Assembly: GCA_964536865.1 (NCBI GenBank)
Contig: CAZHYN010000009.1
Span: 22,674 to 54,673, forward strand
Direction: 5' to 3'
Length of the DNA stretch: 32,000 nucleotides
DNA from: an uncultured Planctomycetia bacterium
GTDB lineage: Bacteria; Omnitrophota; Gorgyraeia; Duberdicusellales; 4484-171
Shown: piece after piece, positions 7,556-14,566 of the stretch
Position numbering within the stretch: the first letter of the stretch is position 1
How the letters are laid out: every line of letters starts with the position of its first letter
Translations under genes and position numbers: made by a program
The notes under the pieces: model-generated
The model's database searches: none
Seen by the model: only the letters and a program-made list of their open reading frames with translations
Told to the model about the DNA's origin: nothing

Positions 7556-8023
7556 TCAGAAGGTTTGCCTTCTACGGCCCTCTTTGCCTTCTTCGTTCAG
7601 CTTATCCTTTACCAATAAATCTATTGACATACCCCATAAAATCATAAAAGTCGCCCAGCCGGTTTTGTAAAATCTCGTATATTTTTTTAAGTCTAAATCA
7701 ACGTATTCATGCACAAGAATATTTCTTAATCCTGCCATACCACGAATGGTTTTAGCAAATTCAGAAGGAATTATTTCCCTCTCCCCTAACTTATCAATAA
7801 TATCTACATAATCTTCAATTTGATTTTCTCCTATAGAGGCTAAAATATGATTACCCACATCAAAAATAATTTGAATTGATAGTTGCAATCCGTGACAAAT
7901 TAACCACTGCTTGCCTAAGGATGAGGAAAAATCTTTCCAGGGAATATCTCTGTTTTTCTCTAATTCTTTCAAGTAGATACTTAATTCCTGAAACTTCTTT
8001 TCAATTACTTCCTTATCAATCAT
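7556..8023 (-). CDS. hepT: HEPN (DUF86) RNase toxin HepT, frameshifted after the catalytic motif
   Basis: GLRNILVHEY is the R-x4-H-x-Y motif. After the A7 run (T-run 7682..7688 on the plus strand) the annotated frame gives an atypical tail. The adjacent frame gives LKKIYEILQNRLGDFYDFMGYVNRFIGKG-stop, ending at 7602, which looks like a canonical HepT C-terminus. Confidence 0.8.
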   Translation of the reverse strand: MIDKEVIEKKFQELSIYLKELEKNRDIPWKDFSSSLGKQWLICHGLQLSIQIIFDVGNHILASIGENQIEDYVDIIDKLGEREIIPSEFAKTIRGMAGLRNILVHEYVDLDLKKYTRFYKTGWATFMILWGMSIDLLVKDKLNEEGKEGRRRQTF

Positions 8024-8065
8024 TTTCCCCTCCCCTTTTTTTGCTCCATTAAAGAAGGTAGTCCG

Positions 8066-8461
8066 CTAACGCGATTTAAGCAGATATTTATAATCGTTAT
8101 ATCTATTAATTGTATCTATCTGAAACTTAATGCGTTTTCTTTCGTCTTGACTATAGATAATTTTTCCGAAATATAAAATACGGTGCCTTAAGAGAGGATT
8201 TGCTTCATCAAGAATTACCAAATCGACATTATTTGTTTTTAACAGCTGAACTAAATCTGCTAATATTTCTGACTTATATCCATAAGGGTAAATCTTTTCT
8301 TTAATTCTATCTCTGTCTATAAGTAAGGCAATATCAATATCACTTAAGGGGTTCATCCTTCCCCGGGCTAAAGAGCCAAATACATAAGCAACCTCAACTT
8401 CGGGATGCATTTTGAAATACTCTTTTAATATTTCTTGAACTTCATTAATATTTCTTACCAT
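8066..8461 (-). CDS. mntA: Minimal nucleotidyltransferase antitoxin MntA
   Basis: VFGSLARGRMNPLSDIDIALL is the GSxxRG...DxD pol-beta NTase signature. Lies directly upstream of the HEPN gene (42-nt gap). Confidence 0.85.
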   Translation of the reverse strand: MVRNINEVQEILKEYFKMHPEVEVAYVFGSLARGRMNPLSDIDIALLIDRDRIKEKIYPYGYKSEILADLVQLLKTNNVDLVILDEANPLLRHRILYFGKIIYSQDERKRIKFQIDTINRYNDYKYLLKSR

Positions 8462-8553
8462 CTTAATGGCTATTGACTTTCGGAGTCAGCTCTTTACATT
8501 TGACTACACCTACGCGGTGTAAGAGGTTCTTCGGTTTTCTACCCACCATCTTT

Positions 8554-9828
8554 TCACAACTCCTTTCCTTCCAGCAGCCACCTCCATAAAGGGATGAATT
8601 TTATTTTTTTACCTTTAAATTCATCTTCTGCTTCGTAATCCCAGGTAATAATTGATAGATTATTGCACTTCAATTCTTCACTTGCCTCAAATAAAGATTT
8701 TATTTCTCTTTTCCTAACTTCAAAATTACTTATTTCATAACAAGTCTGCATTAATTCTTCAATCTCTGCTTTTTTTAAAACAAAATCAACTTCTTTTTTA
8801 TTTCTTGTTTGATAATAAAAAACATCTCTATTTAATCTATAACCCCTTCTTAAAGTTTCAACAAAAACCAGATTTTCCATTAGTCTTCCTGTATTTTGAG
8901 AAAACCTGAATGCTTTTGCCAGAATAAAACCATTATTAACAAGATAAATCTTTCTGGGAGACTTAATCTGCTCTTTTACTTTAAAAGAAAACCTATCCAG
9001 TGGGAAAAAGAGATAAGCTTCTTCAAGATATTTTAAATATTTCTGAAGTGTGTTTGTGCTTCTGAATTTTAAAATATTTTTTAACTTATTAAAACTGAAC
9101 TCAGAACAAAAATTACTTATTAAATAAACTGCCAAATCATAAATTTCTTGAGAAAATCTTACTCTGTATCTTTTTACTACATCTTTAAATAAGATAGCAT
9201 CAAAAAGTGTCTCTAAATAAGTTTCTGCAGGCAAATTCTTTAAAACTACTTCTGGAAAACCACCTTTTTTAAGATATTCATCTAAATAACCTAAAATTTT
9301 ACCTTTGACTTCAGGTATTTTTAAATATTCTTTTTTCACCTTAAAATTTTTTGCTACCAGAAATTCTCTGAAACTGAAAGGAAAAATCTCTATAGGGATA
9401 TATCTGCCTGTTAAAACTGTTCCTAATTCTTTACTTAAAAGTTTTGCATTGGAACCTGTCAGAATCAGATTATAGCCTCTTCTTTGAAGTTTGTTGACAA
9501 AAATTTCCCATTTTTCTAAATTTTGAATCTCATCAAATAAAATATATTTACTTTCAGAATAAACCTCAAAAATTGCCTTTACAATCTCATCATAATTTTT
9601 TATCTTTAAAAGCTGGTCGTCATCAAAATTTAAATAGGCAAAATTTTTATCCTTTAAAAGAAGAAAAGAAAAGATAGATTTGCCTGCTCTTCTTACTCCT
9701 GTAATTACCTTTATTAAATCACTATCTAAATACTTTTTAGCAAAATCAAGTTTTTCTCTTAAAATGTAATCCTGGGAAAGGATTTTTTCCTGTTCTAATT
9801 TATGCTGTAAAACAATATTCTTAATCAT
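8554..9828 (-). CDS. AAA+ ATPase (AAA_14 + DUF4143-like, COG1373-like); cassette A4
   Basis: 424-aa ORF. Walker A GVRRAGKS, Walker B ILFDEIQ, LTGSNAKLL...LTGR...PFSFREFL, C-terminal KFIPLWRWLL. Confidence 0.8.
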   Translation of the reverse strand: MIKNIVLQHKLEQEKILSQDYILREKLDFAKKYLDSDLIKVITGVRRAGKSIFSFLLLKDKNFAYLNFDDDQLLKIKNYDEIVKAIFEVYSESKYILFDEIQNLEKWEIFVNKLQRRGYNLILTGSNAKLLSKELGTVLTGRYIPIEIFPFSFREFLVAKNFKVKKEYLKIPEVKGKILGYLDEYLKKGGFPEVVLKNLPAETYLETLFDAILFKDVVKRYRVRFSQEIYDLAVYLISNFCSEFSFNKLKNILKFRSTNTLQKYLKYLEEAYLFFPLDRFSFKVKEQIKSPRKIYLVNNGFILAKAFRFSQNTGRLMENLVFVETLRRGYRLNRDVFYYQTRNKKEVDFVLKKAEIEELMQTCYEISNFEVRKREIKSLFEASEELKCNNLSIITWDYEAEDEFKGKKIKFIPLWRWLLEGKEL

Positions 9829-9872
9829 AATATTTAACTGAACAAAAAAATACTTTTTTGTTCACTATACTG

Positions 9873-9901
9873 ATTTTAGTGCAAAAAATTCACTCTGTCA
9901 A
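9873..9901 (-). promoter_or_regulatory. Sigma70-like proximal promoter of ATPase A4
   Basis: Minus strand: TTGACA (9901..9896), 17-nt spacer, TAAAAT (9878..9873). The leader holds an AT-rich inverted repeat, GAACAAAAAA/TTTTTTGTTC (about 9839-9864). Confidence 0.45.
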
Positions 9902-9940
9902 TTAAAAACTCCTTAAATCTTACTTCCTATACCTTCTTTG

Positions 9941-9978
9941 CACACCCGGCGGGTGTGATTGGTTAAGCAAGTCTACAC
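9941..9978. repeat. GC-rich palindromic upstream motif, copy 2 of 3 (perfect 8+1+8 palindrome)
   Basis: CACACCCG-G-CGGGTGTG (9941..9957) followed by ATTGGTTAAGCAAGTCTACAC. Lies 39 nt upstream of the -35 box of the A4 promoter. Confidence 0.7.
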
Positions 9979-10068
9979 CGAAATAAGCTGAGGAGGTTTT
10001 CTTTCCCACCATTGTTTGATAATTTCCCGTAGAATCTGTTTCATAACTTAATCAATATAGAACGATTT

Positions 10069-10115
10069 TTGACAAAATTGTTCTATAATTATAGATTTTT
10101 TGCTGGTTTTGTCAA
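10069..10115. promoter_or_regulatory. Back-to-back promoter-like elements (one per strand) sharing a TATAATTATA core
   Basis: Minus strand: TTGACA (10115..10110), 16 nt, TATAAT (10093..10088). Plus strand: TTGACA (10069..10074), 17 nt, TAGATT (10092..10097). Confidence 0.35.
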
Positions 10116-10149
10116 TATAATATTGCCACAGATAGGAATTCTCTAAAGC

Positions 10150-11301
10150 TTAGGACTTCCCTGTTTCCACCCCTGGGGTGGAAACAGGCTTTAGAATTTT
10201 CAGATTATCCCATTCTATATACTTAAAGTATTTTTTCTTATACTCAGCAGAGGGAATGTAAAAGAAAAAATTATCAGAATAGGTATTTACGGTAAAATAA
10301 GTTTCACCTCTTAAGTAATCTAAAACTTTCTCTAAGTCATAAGCAACAAAAGGAATTCTTCTTTCAATTAATGCTTTAACCATCTTAATAAAATCCTGGG
10401 CATAAGCGTAATTGATTACCCTTAAACCATATCTCCAATTATTATAGGAAGAAGGCGGATATAAATAGATGCCGTGCCTGTGCCAGCTAAAGACAATCTC
10501 AAAAGGATGTGAACCAAGCTCTCTTCCGTTTTTATACCAGTCTAAGAATTCTTTTTTGCTCGCCCAATTTTTAATACCAAGCATACCTCCATCCCTGCCA
10601 TCAGCAAATTTTTTATACATCTGGAGAGGACTAAATCCTGCCACTTTCTTACCATATGCAGCCTTATAACAGATGCTTGCTACCTCAAGATATTCATTTA
10701 GACTGCATCCCTTTAGTTTGATATTCTTCTTTAAAAGAGTGTTATAATCTCTTTCTATTTTTTCTTTCTCTCTCAAAGACAAAACCTTATCAAATATATA
10801 TTTACCTTTAATTCTTCCTGTGCGTAAATCATAAGGAATTATCTTTTTTAAAATCTCTGCACCTTTTCTTTCTATTAACCGGGTAAATCTTAAAGCCTCC
10901 TGAAAAATCTTCTTATAGATTTTTTCTGCAACCTCTTTTCCTTTACTTATCCTTAAACTTCCCAGGCTAAAAAAATAACAAAAATAATCTCTCTTATACT
11001 TTATAATCTTAAAAGGAAGGGCTACTACTTTGCCACTTCTTTTTGAAGGAAGGTAGAAATCTTCCCATCTTTTCTCTAACTTATCTTTATAAGAAGGATA
11101 AAATCTGCTGGTAAGCTCTTTTACTAAACTACATATTTGGGTATTCTTTATTAAACGAGGGTTTAATGAATCTTTTAAACAATACTCTAATTGGTAGAAA
11201 TTGATTCCGGGATTGATTTTTACCCCGTTAGAAAATAAAGTTCTTCTACGGGGTTTATTTCCATTTTTCTTTAATAAATATCTTTGCAATATTCTTAGCA
11301 T
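10150..11301 (-). CDS. 383-aa orphan protein, no recognisable domain
   Basis: Long uninterrupted ORF. ATG 11301 lies two codons after an in-frame TAG and 47 nt inside the upstream exonuclease gene. No motif I can place; the most conserved-looking block is GSHPFEIVFSWHRHGIYLYPP. Confidence 0.6.
   Translation of the reverse strand: MLRILQRYLLKKNGNKPRRRTLFSNGVKINPGINFYQLEYCLKDSLNPRLIKNTQICSLVKELTSRFYPSYKDKLEKRWEDFYLPSKRSGKVVALPFKIIKYKRDYFCYFFSLGSLRISKGKEVAEKIYKKIFQEALRFTRLIERKGAEILKKIIPYDLRTGRIKGKYIFDKVLSLREKEKIERDYNTLLKKNIKLKGCSLNEYLEVASICYKAAYGKKVAGFSPLQMYKKFADGRDGGMLGIKNWASKKEFLDWYKNGRELGSHPFEIVFSWHRHGIYLYPPSSYNNWRYGLRVINYAYAQDFIKMVKALIERRIPFVAYDLEKVLDYLRGETYFTVNTYSDNFFFYIPSAEYKKKYFKYIEWDNLKILKPVSTPGVETGKS
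10160..10188. repeat. 29-nt perfect palindrome (14-bp GC-rich arms)
   Basis: CCTGTTTCCACCCC-T-GGGGTGGAAACAGG, inside the last 13 codons of the orphan ORF. On the plus strand it is followed by CTTTAGAATTTTC. Confidence 0.85.
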
Positions 11302-11785
11302 CGTCTAAAGCACGATGATGAGTTCCTTCAAATTTAATTCCACAAATTTCAAGTGCCTTCTTTAACCCTACAGGCTTTGTTCTCCTCTTTTTAGCAAATT
11401 CATGCTTTATGCTTCTATGGGTTATAAAAGGATATTTAATATTATGGAACTGGCAATCTTTCATTAGCTGTTTTTTATCATAATAACCCCAGGAACAAAG
11501 AGTAATATCCTCAATTTTGCATTTAGCTGTTTGAATTACCCAATTGATGAATTTTTCAAATACTACAGGAAAAATCTCTGCGTTATCAACCTCTTCCTGA
11601 GTGATAGAGGTTAAATCCTTACAAAACTTGGACAGAATAGGATTCTTTACCGGCCTTACAAAACTTTGATATTCTCCCAAAATTTTATAATTTCTATCTA
11701 TCAAAACTGCTCCAATTTCTATAATCTCCTTTTCCTCTTTTGGATACTGCCAGCAGGTAGCCTCTAAATCAATTATCAGATACAC
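11255..11785 (-). CDS. DEDDh 3'-5' exonuclease (ERI-1/KapD/RNase T-like)
   Basis: 176-aa ORF with a GTG start. IIDLEATC (Exo I), SWGYYDKKQL (Exo II-like), GTHHRALDDAKN (Exo III with the H of DEDDh). Confidence 0.8.
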   Translation of the reverse strand: MYLIIDLEATCWQYPKEEKEIIEIGAVLIDRNYKILGEYQSFVRPVKNPILSKFCKDLTSITQEEVDNAEIFPVVFEKFINWVIQTAKCKIEDITLCSWGYYDKKQLMKDCQFHNIKYPFITHRSIKHEFAKKRRTKPVGLKKALEICGIKFEGTHHRALDDAKNIAKIFIKEKWK

Positions 11786-11948
11786 TTTATTTCAATTCTT
11801 TAATAAGTTTTCTTTTAAGCCAATGAGCACTGAATGAAATCTTTTTTGTTCCCTTTTAATTCTGATCCTTTAAATATATTTGATGCTTTCTGGATTAAGC
11901 TTTTAAATTTTTTAGGAATTTCTTTTTTATTCATAATCTCTTTTAGGG

Positions 11949-12083
11949 CTATTCCGAAGGATCCACCTCTGGTGGAAAGGTTTTCTCTGCTCTTAATCTC
12001 TCCCATTCCTGTTTCAAGTAATTATACTCCGCCTCAGCTCGTTTTAAGAAATAGTAGGTTAAACGAACTTTTTCTGCTATCAT
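11949..12083 (-). pseudogene. 3' fossil of the MarR-like regulator gene (third copy)
   Basis: 11985..12075 matches the 3' ends of the regulator genes at DNA level. It reads MIAEKVRLTYYFLKRAEAEYNYLKQEWERLRAEKTFPPEVDPSE-stop. The tail runs into a GC-rich mini-hairpin (11962..11976). Confidence 0.7.
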
Positions 12084-12209
12084 AAATCTTACAGGTTCAC
12101 TCTCCAATTTCTAATATAAAACTATCCTTCTTATCCTTCACCTCATTAAATTCATCTGTGATACACCACAATCAAACTAAAAAAGGGATAAGCATATTAA
12201 TTAAAAATG

Positions 12210-13403
12210 TTAACTTAAAAAACCCAAAATAAAAAGAGGCCGATATAAACCATCCATTCTATCAGAATCAGTAAAAATTAGTTTTCTATCTGCCTTAAAA
12301 CCTTTAAACTGAGTTCTACCTTTACCTTTCCCTCCAATCTCAATCACTAATTTTTCCCCTTTATAAGATACTACAAAATCAGGCGTTTTCTCTCCTCTTG
12401 TTGATTTTAAATAATATATTTTTTCATCTGCCATCCTCATCATCTCTACAAAGAAATCTTCCCTTAAAGCACCTAAATTTTCTTTGAACTCAGTATACAA
12501 TAATCTATAAGGGAGACTCATTAATATTTTAGGTTCCTTTAATACATTTGTTCCTTTAGGGAATACCTGATGTAAAATAAATGCTTTTTCTAATAAATTC
12601 ACATATTGCTCGGCTTTATAGCGAGTTATTCCACAATTACGTGCAATGGAAGAATAATTTATTCCTTCTGTTTCTGATTTTCCAATAAAAGAAAGCATTT
12701 TCTCTATAATTTCTAATTCTTTTACTTTTAAATCAAAAATATAGGGAATATCTTTATAAATAACCTTAGAACAAACATTTCTAAGTATATCCAAAACCAA
12801 TGGTTCCTCTAATGAAAAAGGATAAATTCCTCCTCGCAAATAATCATAAAATTTCTCACTATAAGAAAATATTTCTCTATCAAAATTTTTATTTAAAATA
12901 TCTTCCAAACTAAGTTTAGGAAAATTCACATTATATTTAAAAAATAAATATTCTCTGAAAGAGAAAGGATAAAGTTTCTTTAATAAAACTCGTCTTGAAA
13001 GATCATATTGAGTTTGCGAAAGAATAAAAGCTACCGAACTTGTAAAAATAATTCTTAAATCTAAATAATCATAAATTTTCTTTAAAGTTCCCTCAAATTC
13101 AGGATAAAAATGCACCTCATCTAAAAGTAATAAATTTATTTTAAAATCCTCTTTGGCTTTTTTAGCAACTTCGAATAAGTCTTCTTTTATTGCGTCAAGA
13201 GAAATATAAAGGGAGTTTTTGTATTCTTTTCTTATTTGTCTTAGAAGAACAGTTTTCCCAGCTCCTCTTGGTCCGGTAATACCTATAAAATGCTTGCCTT
13301 TTTCTTTTTGAAGATGAAAAAACAAAAATCTCCTCTTCGAATATTTTTCTATCGCTTTGAGCGCTAACCTATCGTATTCCAGTATTTTTTTAAAATCTAC
13401 CAT
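12210..13403 (-). CDS. AAA+ ATPase (AAA_14-like subfamily 2); cassette A5
   Basis: 397-aa ORF. Walker A GPRGAGKT, Walker B LLLLDEVH, DLSRRV...PFSFREYL, C-terminal RPLFILGFLS. Paralogue of 3864..5063. Confidence 0.75.
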   Translation of the reverse strand: MVDFKKILEYDRLALKAIEKYSKRRFLFFHLQKEKGKHFIGITGPRGAGKTVLLRQIRKEYKNSLYISLDAIKEDLFEVAKKAKEDFKINLLLLDEVHFYPEFEGTLKKIYDYLDLRIIFTSSVAFILSQTQYDLSRRVLLKKLYPFSFREYLFFKYNVNFPKLSLEDILNKNFDREIFSYSEKFYDYLRGGIYPFSLEEPLVLDILRNVCSKVIYKDIPYIFDLKVKELEIIEKMLSFIGKSETEGINYSSIARNCGITRYKAEQYVNLLEKAFILHQVFPKGTNVLKEPKILMSLPYRLLYTEFKENLGALREDFFVEMMRMADEKIYYLKSTRGEKTPDFVVSYKGEKLVIEIGGKGKGRTQFKGFKADRKLIFTDSDRMDGLYRPLFILGFLS

Positions 13404-13410
13404 CCTGTAA

Positions 13411-13458
13411 ATATCATTTTATACAATAATTATACAAAATGATATACATTATCGTCAA
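13411..13458 (-). promoter_or_regulatory. Sigma70-like promoter of ATPase A5, overlapped by a 35-bp palindrome
   Basis: Minus strand: TTGACG (13458..13453), 18 nt, TATAAT (13434..13429). Palindrome 13411..13445 has perfect 10-bp arms (ATATCATTTT/AAAATGATAT) and an ATAATTAT core, and it covers the -10 box and the start site. Confidence 0.45.
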
Positions 13459-13614
13459 TATCTTTTTATTTTGAGGAAAAATCCACCAAATATACACACA
13501 TTAGACAATATTTCATCCCTATACTCTCACCAATTTACCCCTTCCCCTGTTAAAAATGGTTTTCCCCTGAGATGTGCCAATCATACTTTCTCTAAGTATT
13601 TTTAGCTTTGCTTT

Positions 13615-14013
13615 TCAGAAAGTATATACTTTCTTTTGCTCTGCTCTTAATCTCTCCCATTCCTGTTTCAAGTAATTATACTCCGCCTCAGCTCGTTTTA
13701 AGAAATAGTAGGTTAAACGAACTTTTTCTTTAAAACCCTTAGGAGTTAATATATAGCTTATCTTCTTAATCTTACCAGGACGATGGGAGAAATTTTTTGC
13801 CTTTATTAACCCTTTTTTTATAAGTTTCCGCAGAAGGTAATTGGTTTTGCCTAAGGAAATATTCAATTTTGAGGAAAGTTGGCGTTGAGTAACATCAGGG
13901 GATTTAGAAAGCTCAGAAAGAAGATAGAATACCTCTTCTTTTAGCTGATCTTTAGAATTCAGATTTAGAAGCCTTTTTCCCTCTATACCTGGTTTACAAA
14001 TTTCTTGCTGCAT
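13615..14013 (-). CDS. Winged-helix (MarR-like) transcriptional regulator, copy B
   Basis: 132-aa ORF. The first 122 aa are identical to copy A; the C-terminal tail differs (AEQKKVYTF). Confidence 0.6.
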   Translation of the reverse strand: MQQEICKPGIEGKRLLNLNSKDQLKEEVFYLLSELSKSPDVTQRQLSSKLNISLGKTNYLLRKLIKKGLIKAKNFSHRPGKIKKISYILTPKGFKEKVRLTYYFLKRAEAEYNYLKQEWERLRAEQKKVYTF

Positions 14014-14144
14014 AAATACTACAAATTGTGTTCATATGATGAACAATATTCTATTACTACACAATAAATCTGTCAATATAGTAAAGAATGGCATAGTTTA
14101 TCTACACCCTTACATACCTGGCGGGTGTGATTAGTTAAGCAAGT
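13649..14144. repeat. 496-bp direct repeat, copy B (matches 1277..1772)
   Basis: See copy A. Includes the same promoter (-35 at 14076..14071, -10 at 14053..14048), the operator palindrome (14029..14045) and GC-rich motif copy 3 (14113..14144). Confidence 0.9.
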
Positions 14145-14199
14145 TAAATAATAGCAATTTTCACTCCTGGGATGAAAATTTGGTAACTTTATGCAAGTC

Positions 14200-14566
14200 T
14201 CAGAAAGAGATTTAAACATTCTCAAATTCTTAAGAATATTGGAATATTTTTGTTAATCATTATCACTTTATCCAGCAAAATCCTACTTTTTCATAAAACT
14301 GGAGTTATGCAAAAGATTCCTGGGAATTCTTAAGACAATTCTTCCATCAGGTAACTGATAAAAAACTCTTTCTCCAACACAAAAAACATTGGGCAAACCT
14401 AATTTTCTGTTTTCTGCTTGCGCTTTTCTTACAGCTTTGGTAAATATTGTAAGTATTTCTATCATCTCTTGATAAATAGTTTTAGGCTTCTGCCTTTTTT
14501 TTCATCCCTTCTCCTTTTTCCTGGCAATATAGATAAAAATCTTTTAAAATTTTCCTCATCTATTAT
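14200..14566. repeat. 367-bp direct repeat, copy B' (matches 3397..3764)
   Basis: See copy A'. Confidence 0.9.
14283..14465 (-). CDS. 60-aa conserved small protein, copy B
   Basis: Identical to 3481..3663. Its start overlaps the stop of the 80-aa ORF (ATGA). Confidence 0.45.
   Translation of the reverse strand: MIEILTIFTKAVRKAQAENRKLGLPNVFCVGERVFYQLPDGRIVLRIPRNLLHNSSFMKK

Noticed and set aside
11815-12006. 63-aa track ORF upstream of the exonuclease gene.
   Set aside because: Its 5' part is an out-of-frame reading of the regulator-gene fossil and the mini-hairpin (STRGGSFG). There is no ribosome-binding site or recognisable motif. At most a 39-aa remnant (MNKKEIPKKF...) could be real, and I cannot support it.
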